Assembly: GCA_963730445.1 (NCBI GenBank) | Contig: CAVSRX010000020.1 | Span: 13,536 to 77,535, forward strand | Direction of reading: 5' to 3' | Source: Vicinamibacterales bacterium | GTDB lineage: Bacteria; Acidobacteriota; Vicinamibacteria; Vicinamibacterales; JAMQPK01 | Length of the DNA stretch: 64,000 bases | Shown: piece after piece, positions 10,435 through 22,300 of the stretch | Position numbering within the stretch: position 1 is the stretch's first letter | Layout: every line of letters starts with the position of its first letter | The notes under the pieces: generated by a model | Told to the model about the DNA's origin: nothing | The model's input: only the letters and a program-made list of their open reading frames with translations | Databases searched by the model: none | Position numbers and translations under genes: made by a program

Positions 10435-10840
10435 ATGAATTGGCTCTTCAAAGAAGAACCATCGAGCTACAGCTTCGACCAGTTCACGAAGGACGGCGGC
10501 ACCTCCTGGGCCGGCGTTCGGAACCCGCTTGCGCAAAAGCATTTGCGCAGCGTCAAGAAGGGCGATCGTGTCTTCTATTACCACACCGGCAACGAGAAGT
10601 CCGTTGTGGGTGTAGCGAAAGCCACCAGCGACGCGTATCCGGACCCCAAGGACAAGGCCGGCAAGCTGGTCGTGGTGGATGTCGCGCCCGTTCAGGCGCT
10701 CAAAAGGCCGGTGACGCTGGCCGAAATCAAAGCGTCAAAAGCATTCGCGAGTTTCCCGCTCACCCGTTTGCCGCGGTCTGTCTGTCATGCCGGTGAGCGA
10801 CGCCGAATGGAAGGAAATCGAGCGCCTATCGCGGTCCTAA
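10435..10840 (+). CDS. EVE (PUA-like) domain protein, one apparent frameshift
   Basis: MNWLFKEEPSSYSFDQFTKDGGTSWAGVRNPLAQKHLRSVKKGDRVFYYHTGNEKSVVGVAKA. After ~10775 the correct tail LSVMPVSDAEWKEIERLSRS* is in another frame (TAA 10838-10840). Confidence 0.8.
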
Positions 10841-10856
10841 TCCCAGTCCCACAATC

Positions 10857-11651
10857 CTACCAGCGTAGAACCCGCTTGCCGCGCCATTCCGGTCCTTCCA
10901 ACACGTACTTCCATTCAGGATTCTGCCTCTCATCGCGCAGCGCGCGGCAAATCTGATCGAACACCGGCATGTTCTCGTCGGTGCACTCAAAGTACGTGAT
11001 GAAGTCGAACTCGTTCGGGCGCTGGTAGCCGTCGGGGTTGTGATAGAGCCGGCGGAACACTTTGGAAATGCCCGCCTCGGCCGCTTTCGCGTGGCCCTTC
11101 ACCGGCGAGCCGCTCGAGTCTTCGTGGTGCGGATAGAAATACGAGTGGCGCTCGAGCGCCGACTTCTCCCACCACGCGGCCGTCTTGCTCATCGGCACGA
11201 TGACGCGTTGCGCGCGACGCGCCCCGACTGCCGCGAGAGCGCCGGCTTGTACGCGAACTTGTGCCATCTCGGCGCTGCTGTAGCGCGGCAGCCGCTCGGC
11301 GCCGTCGAGAATGATGATGTCGGCCGCGCCGGTGATGCGCCGCTTCAGCTCGCACGCCACCTCTTCCAGCCGAGGACGATAGTTCGCCGACACGTGCGCG
11401 ACGAAGCGCGCGGCGCCGATGCCCTGGCGGCCCAGGCCGGTGGTTTCGGCGGCGAGAAACTGGATGGTCTCCTGCGGCTGGGCGTCGCGCGAGCCGTCGG
11501 CGTCGTAGTCGTTGAAGAAGCCGCGGCTGATATTCGAGCCGGCGTTCCGAATCTTCGTGAGCGTGGCGGTGTCGTCCTGATACGGCAGCACGAAGAGAAA
11601 CTTCGTGTACGTGAGATTGGCCGCCGCGTCGGACTGACCGTTCGTCCCCAT
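10857..11651 (-). CDS. chlorite dismutase-family (Cld/HemQ-like) protein
   Basis: The C-terminal half [17 protein letters not shown]...[23 protein letters not shown]...[26 protein letters not shown] fits the Cld-family pattern. Starts at an internal Met (MGTNGQ). Confidence 0.55.
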   Translation of the reverse strand: MGTNGQSDAAANLTYTKFLFVLPYQDDTATLTKIRNAGSNISRGFFNDYDADGSRDAQPQETIQFLAAETTGLGRQGIGAARFVAHVSANYRPRLEEVACELKRRITGAADIIILDGAERLPRYSSAEMAQVRVQAGALAAVGARRAQRVIVPMSKTAAWWEKSALERHSYFYPHHEDSSGSPVKGHAKAAEAGISKVFRRLYHNPDGYQRPNEFDFITYFECTDENMPVFDQICRALRDERQNPEWKYVLEGPEWRGKRVLRW

Positions 11652-11735
11652 TTGTTGTGTCAGAGTGCGTATCGGCTCTATGTGACAGAAACGAAAGGCG
11701 CACCGGTAAGAGTGTGCAATTCCGTGCACTTCGAC

Positions 11736-11806
11736 AGGGCAGAGGGATGAGGGCAGAGGTAAGAAATGCCATCGGGTTCTGCCCTCTGCCCTCTGCCCTC
11801 TGCCCT
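11736..11806. repeat. inverted AGGGCAG / CTGCCCT heptamer arrays (long hairpin)
   Basis: agggcagagggatgagggcagagg - 18-nt loop - tctgccctctgccctctgccctctgccct. The right arm abuts the glgB stop. Confidence 0.8.
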
Positions 11807-13699
11807 ATCTGGATCTCTTCAGGATCAAGCACGCCAGCGGCGGAAGCAGCGAGCTCGAGCCGGTGCGGGCGCCCGTGGGCGGGATCGGGCTGCGACTGAA
11901 TGACGCCGGCGTTGCCGAGATTGCTGCCGCCGTAGATCTCGGAGTCGCTGTTCAGGAGCTCGACGTACGCGCCGGGCTCGGGCACGCCGATGACATACGC
12001 CTGCCTCGGTATCGGCGTGAAGTTGACGGCCACCACGACGAAGTCGGACGGATCGTGCGCGCGCCGGATGAACGAAACGACGCTGCCTTCGAAATCGCTG
12101 CAGTCGATCCATTCGAAGCCGGTGTGGTCGAAGTCGACCTGGTGCAGCGCCGGCTGCGCGGCCATCGCGTGGTTCAGGTCGCGCACCCAGTGCTGGATGC
12201 CGCGATGCTCGGGATATTGCAGCAGATGCCAGTCGAGGCTCTCGTCATGGTTCCACTCGCGCCACTGCCCGAACTCGCAGCCCATGAACATGAGTTTCTT
12301 GCCGGGGTGGCCGAACATGTAGCCGTAGAGCGCGCGCAGGTTGGCGCGCTTCTGCCATATGTCGCCCGGCATCTTGTCGAGCATCGCGCGCTTGCCGTGC
12401 ACGACCTCGTCGTGCGAGAACGGCAGGATGAAATTTTCGGTGAACGCGTAGAGCAGCGAGAACGTCAGATCGTTGTGGGCCCAGCGGCGATAGATGGGAT
12501 CTTTGCCGACATACTCGAGCATGTCGTGCATCCACCCCATGTTCCACTTGTAGGTAAAGCCGAGGCCGCCGAGATGCACGGGCCTCGTCACCCCCGGCCA
12601 CGCCGTCGACTCTTCGGCAATCGTGATCGACCCGGGATGCTGTGCGTGCGTCTGCACGTTGAGCTGCCGTAGAAACTCCATCGCCTCGAGGTTTTCGCGC
12701 CCGCCGTACTCGTTGGGCAGCCACTCCCCTTCTTTTCTCGAGTAGTCGAGATACAGCATCGACGCCACGGCGTCGACGCGCAGCCCGTCGATGTGATACT
12801 CCTCGAGCCAGAACAGGGCGCTGCTCAGCAGGAACGCGCGCACCTCGTGGCGGCCGTAGTTGAAGACCAGCGTGCCCCAGTCGCGGTGTTCTCCCTGCCG
12901 CGGATCTTCGTGCTCGTAGAGCGCCGTGCCGTCGAAGCGCGCGAGGCCGTGCGCATCTTTCGGAAAATGCCCCGGCACCCAGTCGAGAATCACGCCGATG
13001 CCGTGCAGATGGCACTCGTCGACGAACGCCTTGAAATCTTCCGGCGGCCCGAAGCGGCTCGTCGGCGCGAAGAATCCCGTCACCTGGTATCCCCAGGACC
13101 CGGCGAACGGATGTTCGAGCACGGGCAGCAGCTCGATGTGCGTGTATCCGAGATCTTTCACGTACGGGACGATCTGCTCGGCCATCTCACGGTAGGTCAG
13201 CGGCCCGCCGCCCCGCTCGGGCACGCGCTTCCACGATCCGAGGTGCAGCTCGTACACCGACACCGGGCGATCGAACCAGCCGTGTTTGCGCGGGCGCTCT
13301 TCCATCCATTGCGCGTCGCGCCACGTGTAGCGATCGAGATCCCAGATGATGGCCGCGCCGCTGGCGTCGGATTCGAAGAACGTGCCGTACGGATCGGTTT
13401 TCTGCAGGCGGGCGCCGTCGCCGCGCGACGTGATCTCGAACTTGTACCGCTGCGCCGTCGTCGACCTTCGGCACGAACACTTCCCAGATGCCGCTGACGC
13501 CGAGGCTCTTCATCGGATGCGAGTCGCGGATTCCAGCCGTTGAAATCGCCGATGACGCTCACGTGCCTGGCGTTGGGGCCCAGACGGCGAAGTGCACGCC
13601 CGCCACGCCGTCGACCTCGCGGCGGTGCGCGCCGAGCTTCTCGTACGCGCGATGCAGCGTGCCTTCGTTGAACAGGTGCAGGTCGTATTCCGTGAGCAC
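11805..13699 (-). CDS. glgB: 1,4-alpha-glucan branching enzyme, apparent frameshifts at both ends
   Basis: The long intact core (ORF 10987..13305) reads [16 protein letters not shown]...[14 protein letters not shown]...[17 protein letters not shown]-terminal pieces [24 protein letters not shown] / [18 protein letters not shown] / [17 protein letters not shown] lie in other frames (shifts ~13575, ~13525, ~13445). The C-terminal tail [15 protein letters not shown] is shifted at ~11850. Confidence 0.9.
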
Positions 13700-13702
13700 G
13701 CC

Positions 13703-14623
13703 TCAGCCCTCCACTTCCATAACGCCTTCGGCAACGAACACCGACGTGCCGCCGACACGCACCGCGAGATCTGCCGCCCTGAAGGGGCCGATTCGATCGA
13801 CACGTGAATCCAGCTGGGCCGTCCAAGCTTGACACCTTGCAGGTTCAAAATCGAGCGCGCCTGCTCGGGCGTGACGAGCCGGTGCCGCACGAGGTACGAG
13901 CCCGAGCGGACCGCTGGCGCCGCCCGTTGCGGGGTCTTCGGCGACGCCGAGCACCGGCGCGAACATTCTCGAATATGTCATAGCCGAATCCGACGCGCCC
14001 GCGCGATCGGTCGTGAAGATGTAGGCCTCGAAGTCGAGCAGGCGCGCGTCCGGGACGGCGCGATCGACGGCGGCGCGACTGATGAGCGGCACGAAGACGA
14101 ACGGCACGCCGCACGATACTTGTTCGACCGGCAGTCCGGTCGCGCGAATGTCTTCCTCACCCAGACCCAACGCCGCCGCGACGCGCCCCACATCGTCGAA
14201 CGTCGGGCCGAACTCAGGATTTCGCTGCGTCATCCACGCGAAATCGAGCCGCGAGCCGCTCCATTCCATCGAAACGGGGATCGGGCCGATGTTCAACCCG
14301 AACACCCAATCACTGCGACCCCCGGCGATGGCGCCGTCGCGTGCGAGCGCGAACGTACTGCCGACGACCGGATGGCCGGCCATCGGCATCTCGGTGCCCG
14401 GCGTGAAGATGCGCATGCGCACGTCGGTGTCCGGTCGCTCGGCCTGGGTGACGAACGTCGTTTCTGCAAAGCCGATCTCCCGGGCGATCTGCTGCATGGT
14501 TTGCGCAGAAAGGCCCGCCGCCTCCGGAAAGACCGCGAGCTGGTTGCCGCCGAACCGGCGATCGGTGAACACATCGTAGTGCAGGTACCGGTACCGGGAA
14601 ATGCCCATGCTAGGATGTTTCAT
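13703..14623 (-). CDS. PhzF-family isomerase, two apparent frameshifts
   Basis: YLHYDVFTDRRFGGNQLAVFPEAAGLSAQTMQQIAREIGFAETTFV...RIFTPGTEMPMAGHPVVGS...EDPATGGASGPLG. The segment RHRLVTPEQARSILNLQGVKLGRPSWIHVSI is in another frame (shifts ~13890 and ~13790). Confidence 0.85.
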   Translation of the reverse strand: MKHPSMGISRYRYLHYDVFTDRRFGGNQLAVFPEAAGLSAQTMQQIAREIGFAETTFVTQAERPDTDVRMRIFTPGTEMPMAGHPVVGSTFALARDGAIAGGRSDWVFGLNIGPIPVSMEWSGSRLDFAWMTQRNPEFGPTFDDVGRVAAALGLGEEDIRATGLPVEQVSCGVPFVFVPLISRAAVDRAVPDARLLDFEAYIFTTDRAGASDSAMTYSRMFAPVLGVAEDPATGGASGPLGLVPRAAPARHARAGALDFEPARCQAWTAQLDSRVDRIGPFRAADLAVRVGGTSVFVAEGVMEVEG

Positions 14624-14626
14624 TCT

Positions 14627-14665
14627 AGCCGGTAGCTGGTAGCCGGTAGCTTGTAGCTTGTAGCG
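14627..14665. repeat. AGCYKGT heptamer array (5+ units)
   Basis: agccggt agctggt agccggt agcttgt agcttgt agcg. Lies in the divergent PhzF/PPIase intergenic region. Confidence 0.8.
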
Positions 14666-14681
14666 ACAAGGAGTTTCTGCG

Positions 14682-15491
14682 ATGACGAGATGGATTGCTG
14701 GCTTTGTGTGTGCGATTGCGTTGATGGCGGCTGGATGCGGCGGAGCGCCCGAGCCCGCACGGCCTGCAGAACCTCCCGCAGCAACGCCTGCGCCGACTCC
14801 GGCCCCAACGCCAGAGGCGGCTCCGCCGGCCACGCCAGCCGAAAAGCCCGCGACACCGGCCGAGACGCCTGCGCCGTCAACCGAGAAGCCGGCCACCACG
14901 CCGCCGGCAGACACTGCAAAGCCCGCTGCCACGGAGAAACCGGCGGTGTCCGCGGAGAAGTACGGTCCTGGCGTGTACGCGCATTTCACGACGAATCACG
15001 GCGACGATGATCGCGAAGTTGTTCGACAAGGAAGCGCCGAAGACGGTCGAGAATTTCGTCGTGCTTGCCGAAGGCAAGAAGCAGTGGCGGAATCCGCGGA
15101 CCAACACGATGGTGCGGCGGCCGTACTACAACAACCTGACGTTCCATCGCATCATCCCTGGCTTCATGATTCAGGGTGGCGATCCCGAAGGCACCGGCAT
15201 GGGCGGGCCCGGTTTCGAATTCGCCGACGAATTCAACCCGAAGCTTCGCCACAGCAAAGCCGGGCATCCTGTCGATGGCGAACAGAGGACCCAACACCAA
15301 CGGCGGACAGTTCTTCATCACGCTGGTGCCGACGCCGCATCTCAACGACAGACACAGCGTATTCGGCGAGCTCGTCGAAGGAATGGACACACTCGAGGGC
15401 GATCGGCAAAGTACCGACCAAAGACAAGGGCGGCATGCCCGTGAAGCCGGTGATCATCAAGTCGGTGAGAATCGAACGCGTGTCGGGCTAG
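14682..15491 (+). CDS. cyclophilin-type peptidyl-prolyl isomerase lipoprotein, three apparent frameshifts
   Basis: Lipobox LMAAGCGG plus a Pro/Ala/Thr-rich linker. Then [23 protein letters not shown]...[24 protein letters not shown] / [45 protein letters not shown] / AIGKVPT in three frames (shifts ~15000, ~15258, ~15405). Confidence 0.85.
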   Translation: MTRWIAGFVCAIALMAAGCGGAPEPARPAEPPAATPAPTPAPTPEAAPPATPAEKPATPAETPAPSTEKPATTPPADTAKPAATEKPAVSAEKYGPGVYAHFTTNHGDDDREVVRQGSAEDGREFRRACRRQEAVAESADQHDGAAAVLQQPDVPSHHPWLHDSGWRSRRHRHGRARFRIRRRIQPEASPQQSRASCRWRTEDPTPTADSSSSRWCRRRISTTDTAYSASSSKEWTHSRAIGKVPTKDKGGMPVKPVIIKSVRIERVSG

Positions 15492-15520
15492 CCGGTAGCT
15501 TGTAGCCGGTAGCCGGTAGT
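15490..15520. repeat. AGCYKGT heptamer array (4+ units)
   Basis: agccggt agcttgt agccggt agccggt agt. Starts within the PPIase stop codon, in the same orientation as the array at 14627-14665. Confidence 0.8.
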
Positions 15521-15522
15521 AA

Positions 15523-16790
15523 ATGATCGCCGTGAAACCCAAGTCGCCATCGTCGTCGGCGCGGGCTTTGCCGGTTTGAACGCAGCGAAGGCTCTCGCCA
15601 ACCGCGAGGGCCTTCGCGTCGTCCTCGTCGATCATCGCAACCACCATCTGTTCCAGCCGCTGCTCTACCAGGTCGCGACCGCCGGCCTCAACCCGTCGGA
15701 CATCGCCGTGCCGATTCGCGTGCAGTTCAGGGGCGCGCCGAATGTCGAGATCCATCTCGGGCATGTCGACGGCGTCGATCTCGCGAAACGGATCGTGTTC
15801 GGCGAAGCGCAACAGATCGCGTTCGACTATCTGATTCTCGCGTGCGGCGCGCGCCACAGCTATTTCGGGCATCCCGAGTGGGAGGAATTCGCGCCGGGTT
15901 TGAAGACGCTCGAACAGGCAACCGAGATGCGGCGCCGCATGCTGGTCGCCTTCGAGCGCGCCGAGAACGAGCGCGATGCCGACAAACAGCGCGCCTACTT
16001 GACCTTCGTGGTTGTGGGCGGCGGACCGACCGGCGTCGAGCTTGCGGGCGCAATTGCCGACATCAGCCGTACCGCGATGCAGGGGGACTTCCGGCGCATC
16101 GATCCGGCCAAGGCGCGCATCGTGCTGCTCGAGGCGGCGCCCCGCGTGCTCACCGCATTTTCGGACGACCTCTCCGAGCGCGCGCGGCGCGATCTCACCG
16201 ACATCGGTGTCGAGGTGCGCACGAACGCAAAGGTCGATGCGATCGACAGCGAAGGTGTCACGATCGGGACCGAGCGCCTCGCGGCGCGCACCGTGTTCTG
16301 GGCCGCCGGCGTGCAGGCCGAACGGCTCGCCATCACCCCGCCGCTCGAAACCGACCGCGCCTCGCGCATCAAGGTGAACGACGACTACTCTCTGCCGGGC
16401 TACGCGAACGTGTTCGTGGTCGGCGACATGGCGTCGCTCGAGATGTCGCCTGGACAACTCGTGCCCGGCGTGGCGCCGGCGGCAATACAGGCCGGCGAGC
16501 ACGCGGCGCGCATGATCCTGCGCGACCTCGAGGGGCAGCCTCGGCAACCTTTCGTCTACCACGACAAAGGCACGATGGCCACGATCGGCAAAAGCCGCGC
16601 GGTCGGACAAATCGGGCGCGTCAAGCTGACGGGCCGCATCGCATGGTTCGCGTGGCTGCTGATACACGTGTACCAGCTGATCGGATTTCGAAACCGGCTG
16701 GCGGTGATGTTCAACTGGGCGTGGAACTACATGTTCTCGAAACGCGGGGCCAGGCTGATCACTGAGAAGGAGTGGAAACTACGAAACTAA
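15523..16790 (+). CDS. ndh: type II NADH dehydrogenase (NDH-2), one frameshift near the start
   Basis: ATG 15523 reads MIAVKPK, then shifts (~15545) into AIVVGAGFAGLNAAKALA...LVDHRNHHLFQPLLYQVATAGL...FVVVGGGPTGVELAG. Confidence 0.85.
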
Positions 16791-16896
16791 ACACTAAATC
16801 ACGACGGCTAAGAGATGCAACGACGCAATTCTTTAGTTCTAAGAACGATGTTTCTCCTTGCGTCCTGCGTCTCGCGGTGATATGTCGAATCTCGTA

Positions 16897-17349
16897 TCAG
16901 CGTGCGTCTTCGGTGGGAACTATGCTGATGCCGCCGTGGCGTTCGAGAATCGCGTACTTGAACTGCTCCAGCCGCTCGAGGCCGTGTTTCTCGCGGCCCT
17001 GGGCGAGAATCTCGATCAGCGTCACCCCTTCGCGCTTTGCGCGATCCTCGAGCAGCCGCCCGTTTTCCACGACCACGACCGGCAGGCTGCCGACGACCCG
17101 GCCGAATGCCGGCCATCGCCCTTCCATCCACGAGAACGCGTTGTCGAGCACGACAAGGCTCACGATGACCACGGCAGCGTTGGCGAAGGAGAAATCGTTT
17201 CCGACAAGCGCCTGCTGCGTCGCTTCGCTGATGATGAGCAACAGGATGAAATCGAATGTCGTGATCTGGCTGAGCGATCGCTTGCCGCTGATGCGGAAGA
17301 CGATCATCAGGAAAATATAGACAGCGGCCGATCGCAGAACGGTATCCAT
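16897..17349 (-). CDS. DUF421 (YetF-like) membrane protein
   Basis: MDTVLRSAAVYIFLMIVFRISGKRSLSQITTFDFILLLIISEATQQAL is a typical DUF421 N-terminus. Confidence 0.75.
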   Translation of the reverse strand: MDTVLRSAAVYIFLMIVFRISGKRSLSQITTFDFILLLIISEATQQALVGNDFSFANAAVVIVSLVVLDNAFSWMEGRWPAFGRVVGSLPVVVVENGRLLEDRAKREGVTLIEILAQGREKHGLERLEQFKYAILERHGGISIVPTEDAR

Positions 17350-17361
17350 GGCAACCTCGCG

Positions 17362-17856
17362 TTAGAAAATCGCCAGTTGACTGAATCGTACGGACGGTCC
17401 ACCCACGAGCCCGACCTCGGCGTCGAGCGTCCCGGCCGCTTCGTGCTCGACCTTCAGCATGACGGTGATATCAGGCGAGCCAGAGCGGATGAGATAGACG
17501 TGACGATCGGTCTCGACCGTCACCAGCTCAGGGGTGGGCGCCACCGAGTTGATGCGCACGTGTTCGAAATACGGAGCGGATACCCAGAAGCGCACGTCGC
17601 CGGGCGCGGTGCGCAGGTGCAGCTTCAGCGTGGAGAGGCCGCCACGGCGCACGAAGCGCTCGTACTCGGCGTGCACGGGCCCGCCGGGCTCCCCCGCCTC
17701 GCCGCGGCTCAGCGGGCCGCCCATCCCCGTAAACCCGAGGAGCGCGGCCACAACCAGGAGAACCAACAGCGCCATGCCGATGCGCTGGAAGAACCATTCT
17801 TTTTTTTGATATGTGATGTCCTCGTCGATCTCGAGCGAGCGCGCCTTTTTGGTCAC
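17362..17856 (-). CDS. hypothetical membrane-anchored protein
   Basis: 164 aa with a single N-terminal TM helix (IGMALLVLLVVAALLGF). Lies immediately upstream of the DUF421 gene. Confidence 0.55.
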   Translation of the reverse strand: MTKKARSLEIDEDITYQKKEWFFQRIGMALLVLLVVAALLGFTGMGGPLSRGEAGEPGGPVHAEYERFVRRGGLSTLKLHLRTAPGDVRFWVSAPYFEHVRINSVAPTPELVTVETDRHVYLIRSGSPDITVMLKVEHEAAGTLDAEVGLVGGPSVRFSQLAIF

Positions 17857-17872
17857 GACATCATGCTAAAGC

Positions 17873-17901
17873 AAAAAAGGCGGGATGCAGCGCACCCCGC
17901 C
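17873..17901 (-). terminator. rho-independent terminator of the DUF1592/DUF1552 operon
   Basis: On the - strand: GGCGGGGTGCGCTGCATCCCGCC followed by TTTTTT. Confidence 0.6.
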
Positions 17902-17903
17902 TT

Positions 17904-17938
17904 CCTACCGACTACCAACTACCAGCTATTCGCAGCTA
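17904..17938. repeat. CTACCRR heptamer array (complement of the GCTGGTA family)
   Basis: ctaccga ctaccaa ctaccag ctattcg cagctac. Lies between the DUF1552 stop codon and the terminator hairpin. Confidence 0.75.
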
Positions 17939-19280
17939 CAGGGCTTCCAGCCTGGTCGTCGCGTCACCGAACGCATCGAGCTTGACGCCCATGCGGTCCA
18001 TGATGCCGAGATACAAGCTGCACATCCTGCGGTTCTCGTCGCCCTTGTAGAGGTAATCGAGCGAACGCCCCGTCTTCAGCGTGCCGCCGAGGCCGCCGAC
18101 CGTGACCACCGGCATCTTCATGTTGTCGTGCTTCCATCCCGCCCACATGTTCGACAGGAACATGAGGCACGAGTTGTCGAGCACGGTGCCCTCGCCTTCG
18201 GGCATGGCGTCGAGCTTCTGCGCCAGGTACGCCATCTGGCTGAGGTGGAAGCGCGAGATCCGCTCGTAGCCGTCCGACAAGTCGTCGTGCGACGCGCCGT
18301 GATGGCCCTGATTGACGTCGAGGAACGGATAGTAGAGCGACGACAGATCGCGCGCGAGCAGCAGCGACGCGATGCGCGTCTTGTCGGTCTGGAACGCCAG
18401 CGCCACGATGTCGCACATCAGCCGCGTGTGCTCGCGAAGATCCTCGGGCAGGCCGTTCTTCGGTCGATCCATCGACAACGCCGGGCGATTCTTCAGCTTC
18501 GCGTCATCGTCGGCGACGTCCTTCATCGCGCGCATGCGCTCGATGCGGCGCTCGACTTCGCGCACGCTGGTGAGGTACTCGTCGATCTTCGACTTGTCGG
18601 TCGAGCTCACTCTCGTGCTGAGGCTCTCGGCGCGATCCTTCACGCGATCGAGGATGCTCGTGTAGCGCAGGCTGCCGCGATTCTCGAACAGGCTGTCGAA
18701 CGCGAGCGACGGGTACACCTCGTTCGGCACCGGCGAGTCGGCGCTCTGCCACGAGATGTGCGAGCTGTACGCCATCGAGAAGTTCGTCTCGTGGTAGCCC
18801 GTCATCGGCTGCTCGCACGCCAGCACGATGCTCGCCTGCGGCGTTTCCTGTCCGATGTTGTTGGCGAGCACCTGATCCATCGAGATGCCCGCCTTCACGA
18901 TGGCGCCCTTCTGGATGTTGACGCCGGTCAGCAGTGCTCCCGTTTGCCCGGGGTGGATGCCGATGCCGACGGCCGTCTGGTTGAAGAGGCCGTTGATGAC
19001 GTTGATCTTGTGCTTGAGCGGCTCGAGCGGCTGCAAGCGTCTTGCCGAGCTTCATCTCGGCGCCCTGCCCGCGCGCCCACCAGTGATTGCCGTTGATGCC
19101 GTTGCCCATGAACAGCACCCCGAAGCGCTTCGGGAACGTGCCGGCGGCTGTCGTCACCAGGTTGCCCGGCACCGCGCTTTGCGCGGGGTTCGCCCATGCC
19201 ATCGATTCGAGCCACGGCAGGGCCATCGTCACGCCAAGCCCGCGTAGAACCGTTCGTCTCGAGATAGTTGCCTTCGTCAT
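17936..19280 (-). CDS. DUF1552 domain protein (Tat signal), one apparent frameshift
   Basis: MTKATISRRTVLRGLGVTMALPWLE...FMGNGINGNHWW (ORF 18504..19373) continues as QPLEPLKHKINVINGLFN...HGASHDDLS...MPVVTVGGLGGTLKTGR (ORF 17936..19036). Shift at ~19035. Confidence 0.85.
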
Positions 19281-19302
19281 CGTGTACCTCGTTTCCCGGC
19301 GA

Positions 19303-22300
19303 CTACCGCTGCGCGGAGAGCTCTTCTCCGCCGCGTTTGTTTCTGAATTGCGAGCTGGTGACGATGCTTTCAATCAGGCTGTCGAACCTGTATGCGTCCT
19401 TCACGAGCTTCGCGCGCATGGCGTCGACGGCGATGTCGTCCGACAGCATCAGGCTGCGCCCGAGCGCGTAGGAGAGCAGCTTGCGCGACAGATTGTTGAT
19501 GAAATCGTCCTGTCGATGGGCGCGCACGTAGGCGAGGAGACCCTCGATGCCCGCGCCCGTCGTGCCGCCGGGGAAAGTCGCCGAGTCGTCTACGGCGCGG
19601 CCGCTGAGATCCTTCGAGCGCCGCTCGCCGACCATCCCATATCCTTCGAACACGAGACCAAGCGAGTCGAACCGCGAGTGGCAACTGGCGCATGCCTTGT
19701 TCTCGCGATGCCTGGCGAGCAGATCGCGAAGCGGCAGATCGAGCTTCGCTTCGTCGCGCGGCAGCTCGGGCACCGCCGCAGGCGGCGGAGGAATGTGCTC
19801 GCCGAGCACCGTCTTCACCACCCAGTAGCCGCGCTTGACGGGGCTGGTGCGCAGGCCGGGCGCGTTCTTCGTGAGAAACACCGACATCGGCAGCAGCCCG
19901 CCGCGTCCGTATTTATCCGCCGCGTCGACGCGCACCCAGGTATCGGACGTGCCGGACACCTCGGGCATGCCGTAGTGCTTCGCGAGCACGGGGTTCACGA
20001 ACGTGTGCTTGGCGAACAGCAGGTCGGTCACCGGCCGGTTTTCGCGCACGACGTCGAGCATGAAGCGGACGGGCTCTTCGAACATCGCCTGGCGCAGCTC
20101 GTTGTTGAACGTCGCAAAGCGCTCGCGATCGACCGCGTTGTGTTCTTCGAACCGCCGGAAATCGAGGAAGTTGCCGCCGAACTCGGTGACGAGGCCGCGC
20201 ACGCGCGAATCCTTCAGCATGCGCCTCGCTTGCCGCACGAGCACCTCGGGCCGCTTCAGCTCGCCTTTCGCCGCCACAGCAAGCAGCTCGTCGTCTGGCA
20301 TGCTCGCCCAGAGGAAATAACTGAGACGGCTCGCGAGCGCGAAATCGTCGAGCGGACGGACGCGATCGTTCGCGTCGACGAGATCGATGCGATAGGCGAA
20401 GTCGGGCGACACGAGCACCGCAACCAGCGCATCGCGCATCGCGTCCTCGTGCGACAGGCCGTCCTTCTCGCGCAGCGTGCGGTAGTAGGCCAGCAAATCG
20501 GCGCGCTCCGCTTGCGTGAGCGTCCGGCGATAGGCGCGGCGCGCGAAATCGAGCAGCGCGTTCAGGTGCGTCTGCTCCGACTCGACCTTCGCCTTCTCGA
20601 CCCAGCGCAGCTCGGTGTTGACCCACGCGAAATGCTCGTCGATGGCCTTGTTGGCTTCGGCATGGTTCAGCTGCCGGATTCGGTTGCGATAGGCCTCGGC
20701 CAATTCCAGCACGATCGGCTCGGATGTGATTTCCTTGTCGGCGGGACGCGCGCCTTCGGATTCTCGGCGCAGGCCGCGTGCTTCGCCGCTCTCGTTCAGG
20801 AAGAACTGGACGAACGTCCGCGTCAGCCCGAGCGCGACGAAATCGAGCTCGCGCCACATCTGGTCGAGCTGTTTCTGGCCGGCCTCGTCGAGCAGCAGCT
20901 CGTACAGCGGCTTGTCATCGCGGAAATACCCCATGACGTTGTGAAAGCCGGCGCTCAAATGCCGTCCGGTGTCGCGCGTCTGGTCGGGGAAATAGCGTCC
21001 GCGCTCGGACACGTAGAAGAAGTCGGGAAACACCGCCGCAAAGCGGCCGAAGGCGGCCTCGTATGGCGCGCGCTGCCCTGCCGGTACCTGCAGATCGGGA
21101 TCTGCTTTTTTTGCCGCCGCGGCTTTGTCTGCCGCGATGCGCGACTGGTTGTCGAGTGCGTCGAACTGTCCTGCGGGCGCGTTGGTCTGCAGCTTTGCGA
21201 GCTCGGTCGCCGACAACTGCTCGCCCTCGACCTGTAGCGCAGCGCGATTGAAGTTCGTCCGGTTGTTCGCGTACTGACGGTTGCGGTACATCAGGAACGG
21301 CTGCGCGGTCTCGCCGAGCCCCTTCACGCGGATGGGCGTGTAGGTGAACTCGATCTTCTTGCGTAGCTGCACGACGTAGTCGCGCATCTTGTCAGCTGCG
21401 ATTCTGGCTGTTGACGCACTGCCCGCCGGTATCTCGCGCCACATCACTTGCAGCTTCGCGAGCGGACCGATCGATTCTTTCGTCTCTTCGAGCGTCCGCC
21501 AGACAGTCGCAAGATATTTCGGGCTGAGATCTTCGTCGGCCGCAATCGACGCGAGCGTCGCCTTTGGGCTGCCGAGCGCGGCGCGGTGCTTATAGCGCCA
21601 CGCGGCTGCGAAGTAATCGCTGTAGTCCGTGTTCTGCTGCTTGTAGAAATCGATAATCTGGTTTACCGCCCAGCGATCGCGATCGGTCTCGACGAGCATC
21701 GGATGCGGAGCGAACGCGAACCCCTGCGGCTTGAAAACCATGTGATTGGCCACTTCGCGCGCGGCCTGCAGGTACTTCGTCAGCAGCGACGGCGACATCG
21801 CGAGCGACTCGCCCGAGTTGTCGAAGCCGGCCTGGTTCGCCGGGTCGACGGGGAACTCGCGCGCGGGCTTGAGATCCTGACCGGTGAGATCGCGAATCGT
21901 GTTGTTGAACTCCGCGTTGCTGAGGCGCCGAGCCAGCACGAGTCCGGGATCGCCGGCATTGCGCCGCGCTTCGGCCTTGCGCATCGCATCGACCCACGCG
22001 ACGACCGCCTGGCGCTCTGCCGGAGTCGGCTGCGCCGCCGACACCGCTGGCGGCATCTCTCCGGCCTCGAGCTTGCTCAACACGAGCGCCCAATGCTCGT
22101 GGTCCTTCACCACCGATGCCATCGTCGTGTACGGCCGCAGATCGAACTGCGCGGCAATCCCCTTCTCGCCGTGACAACTGACGCAGTACTTCACGGTGAA
22201 CGGACGGACGGTGTCGGTGTACTGCCGCTCGAGATTCGGCTGCCCGCGTTGCGCGGACTGCCGGCTCGACCCGGCGGTCAGCATCGCCACGATCACAAAG

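Noticed and set aside
15342-16667. 441-aa ORF on the - strand
   Set aside because: It is antisense to the NDH-2 gene. The same reasoning applies to 8945..9871, 17885..19096, 21448..22422, 22388..23395, 35393..36283, 49769..50875 and 55910..56617.
19087-21237. 716-aa ORF on the + strand
   Set aside because: It is antisense to the well-supported DUF1592-type gene. Its composition is Arg/Ala/Gly/His-rich, typical of shadow frames in high-GC DNA, and it has no recognisable motifs.
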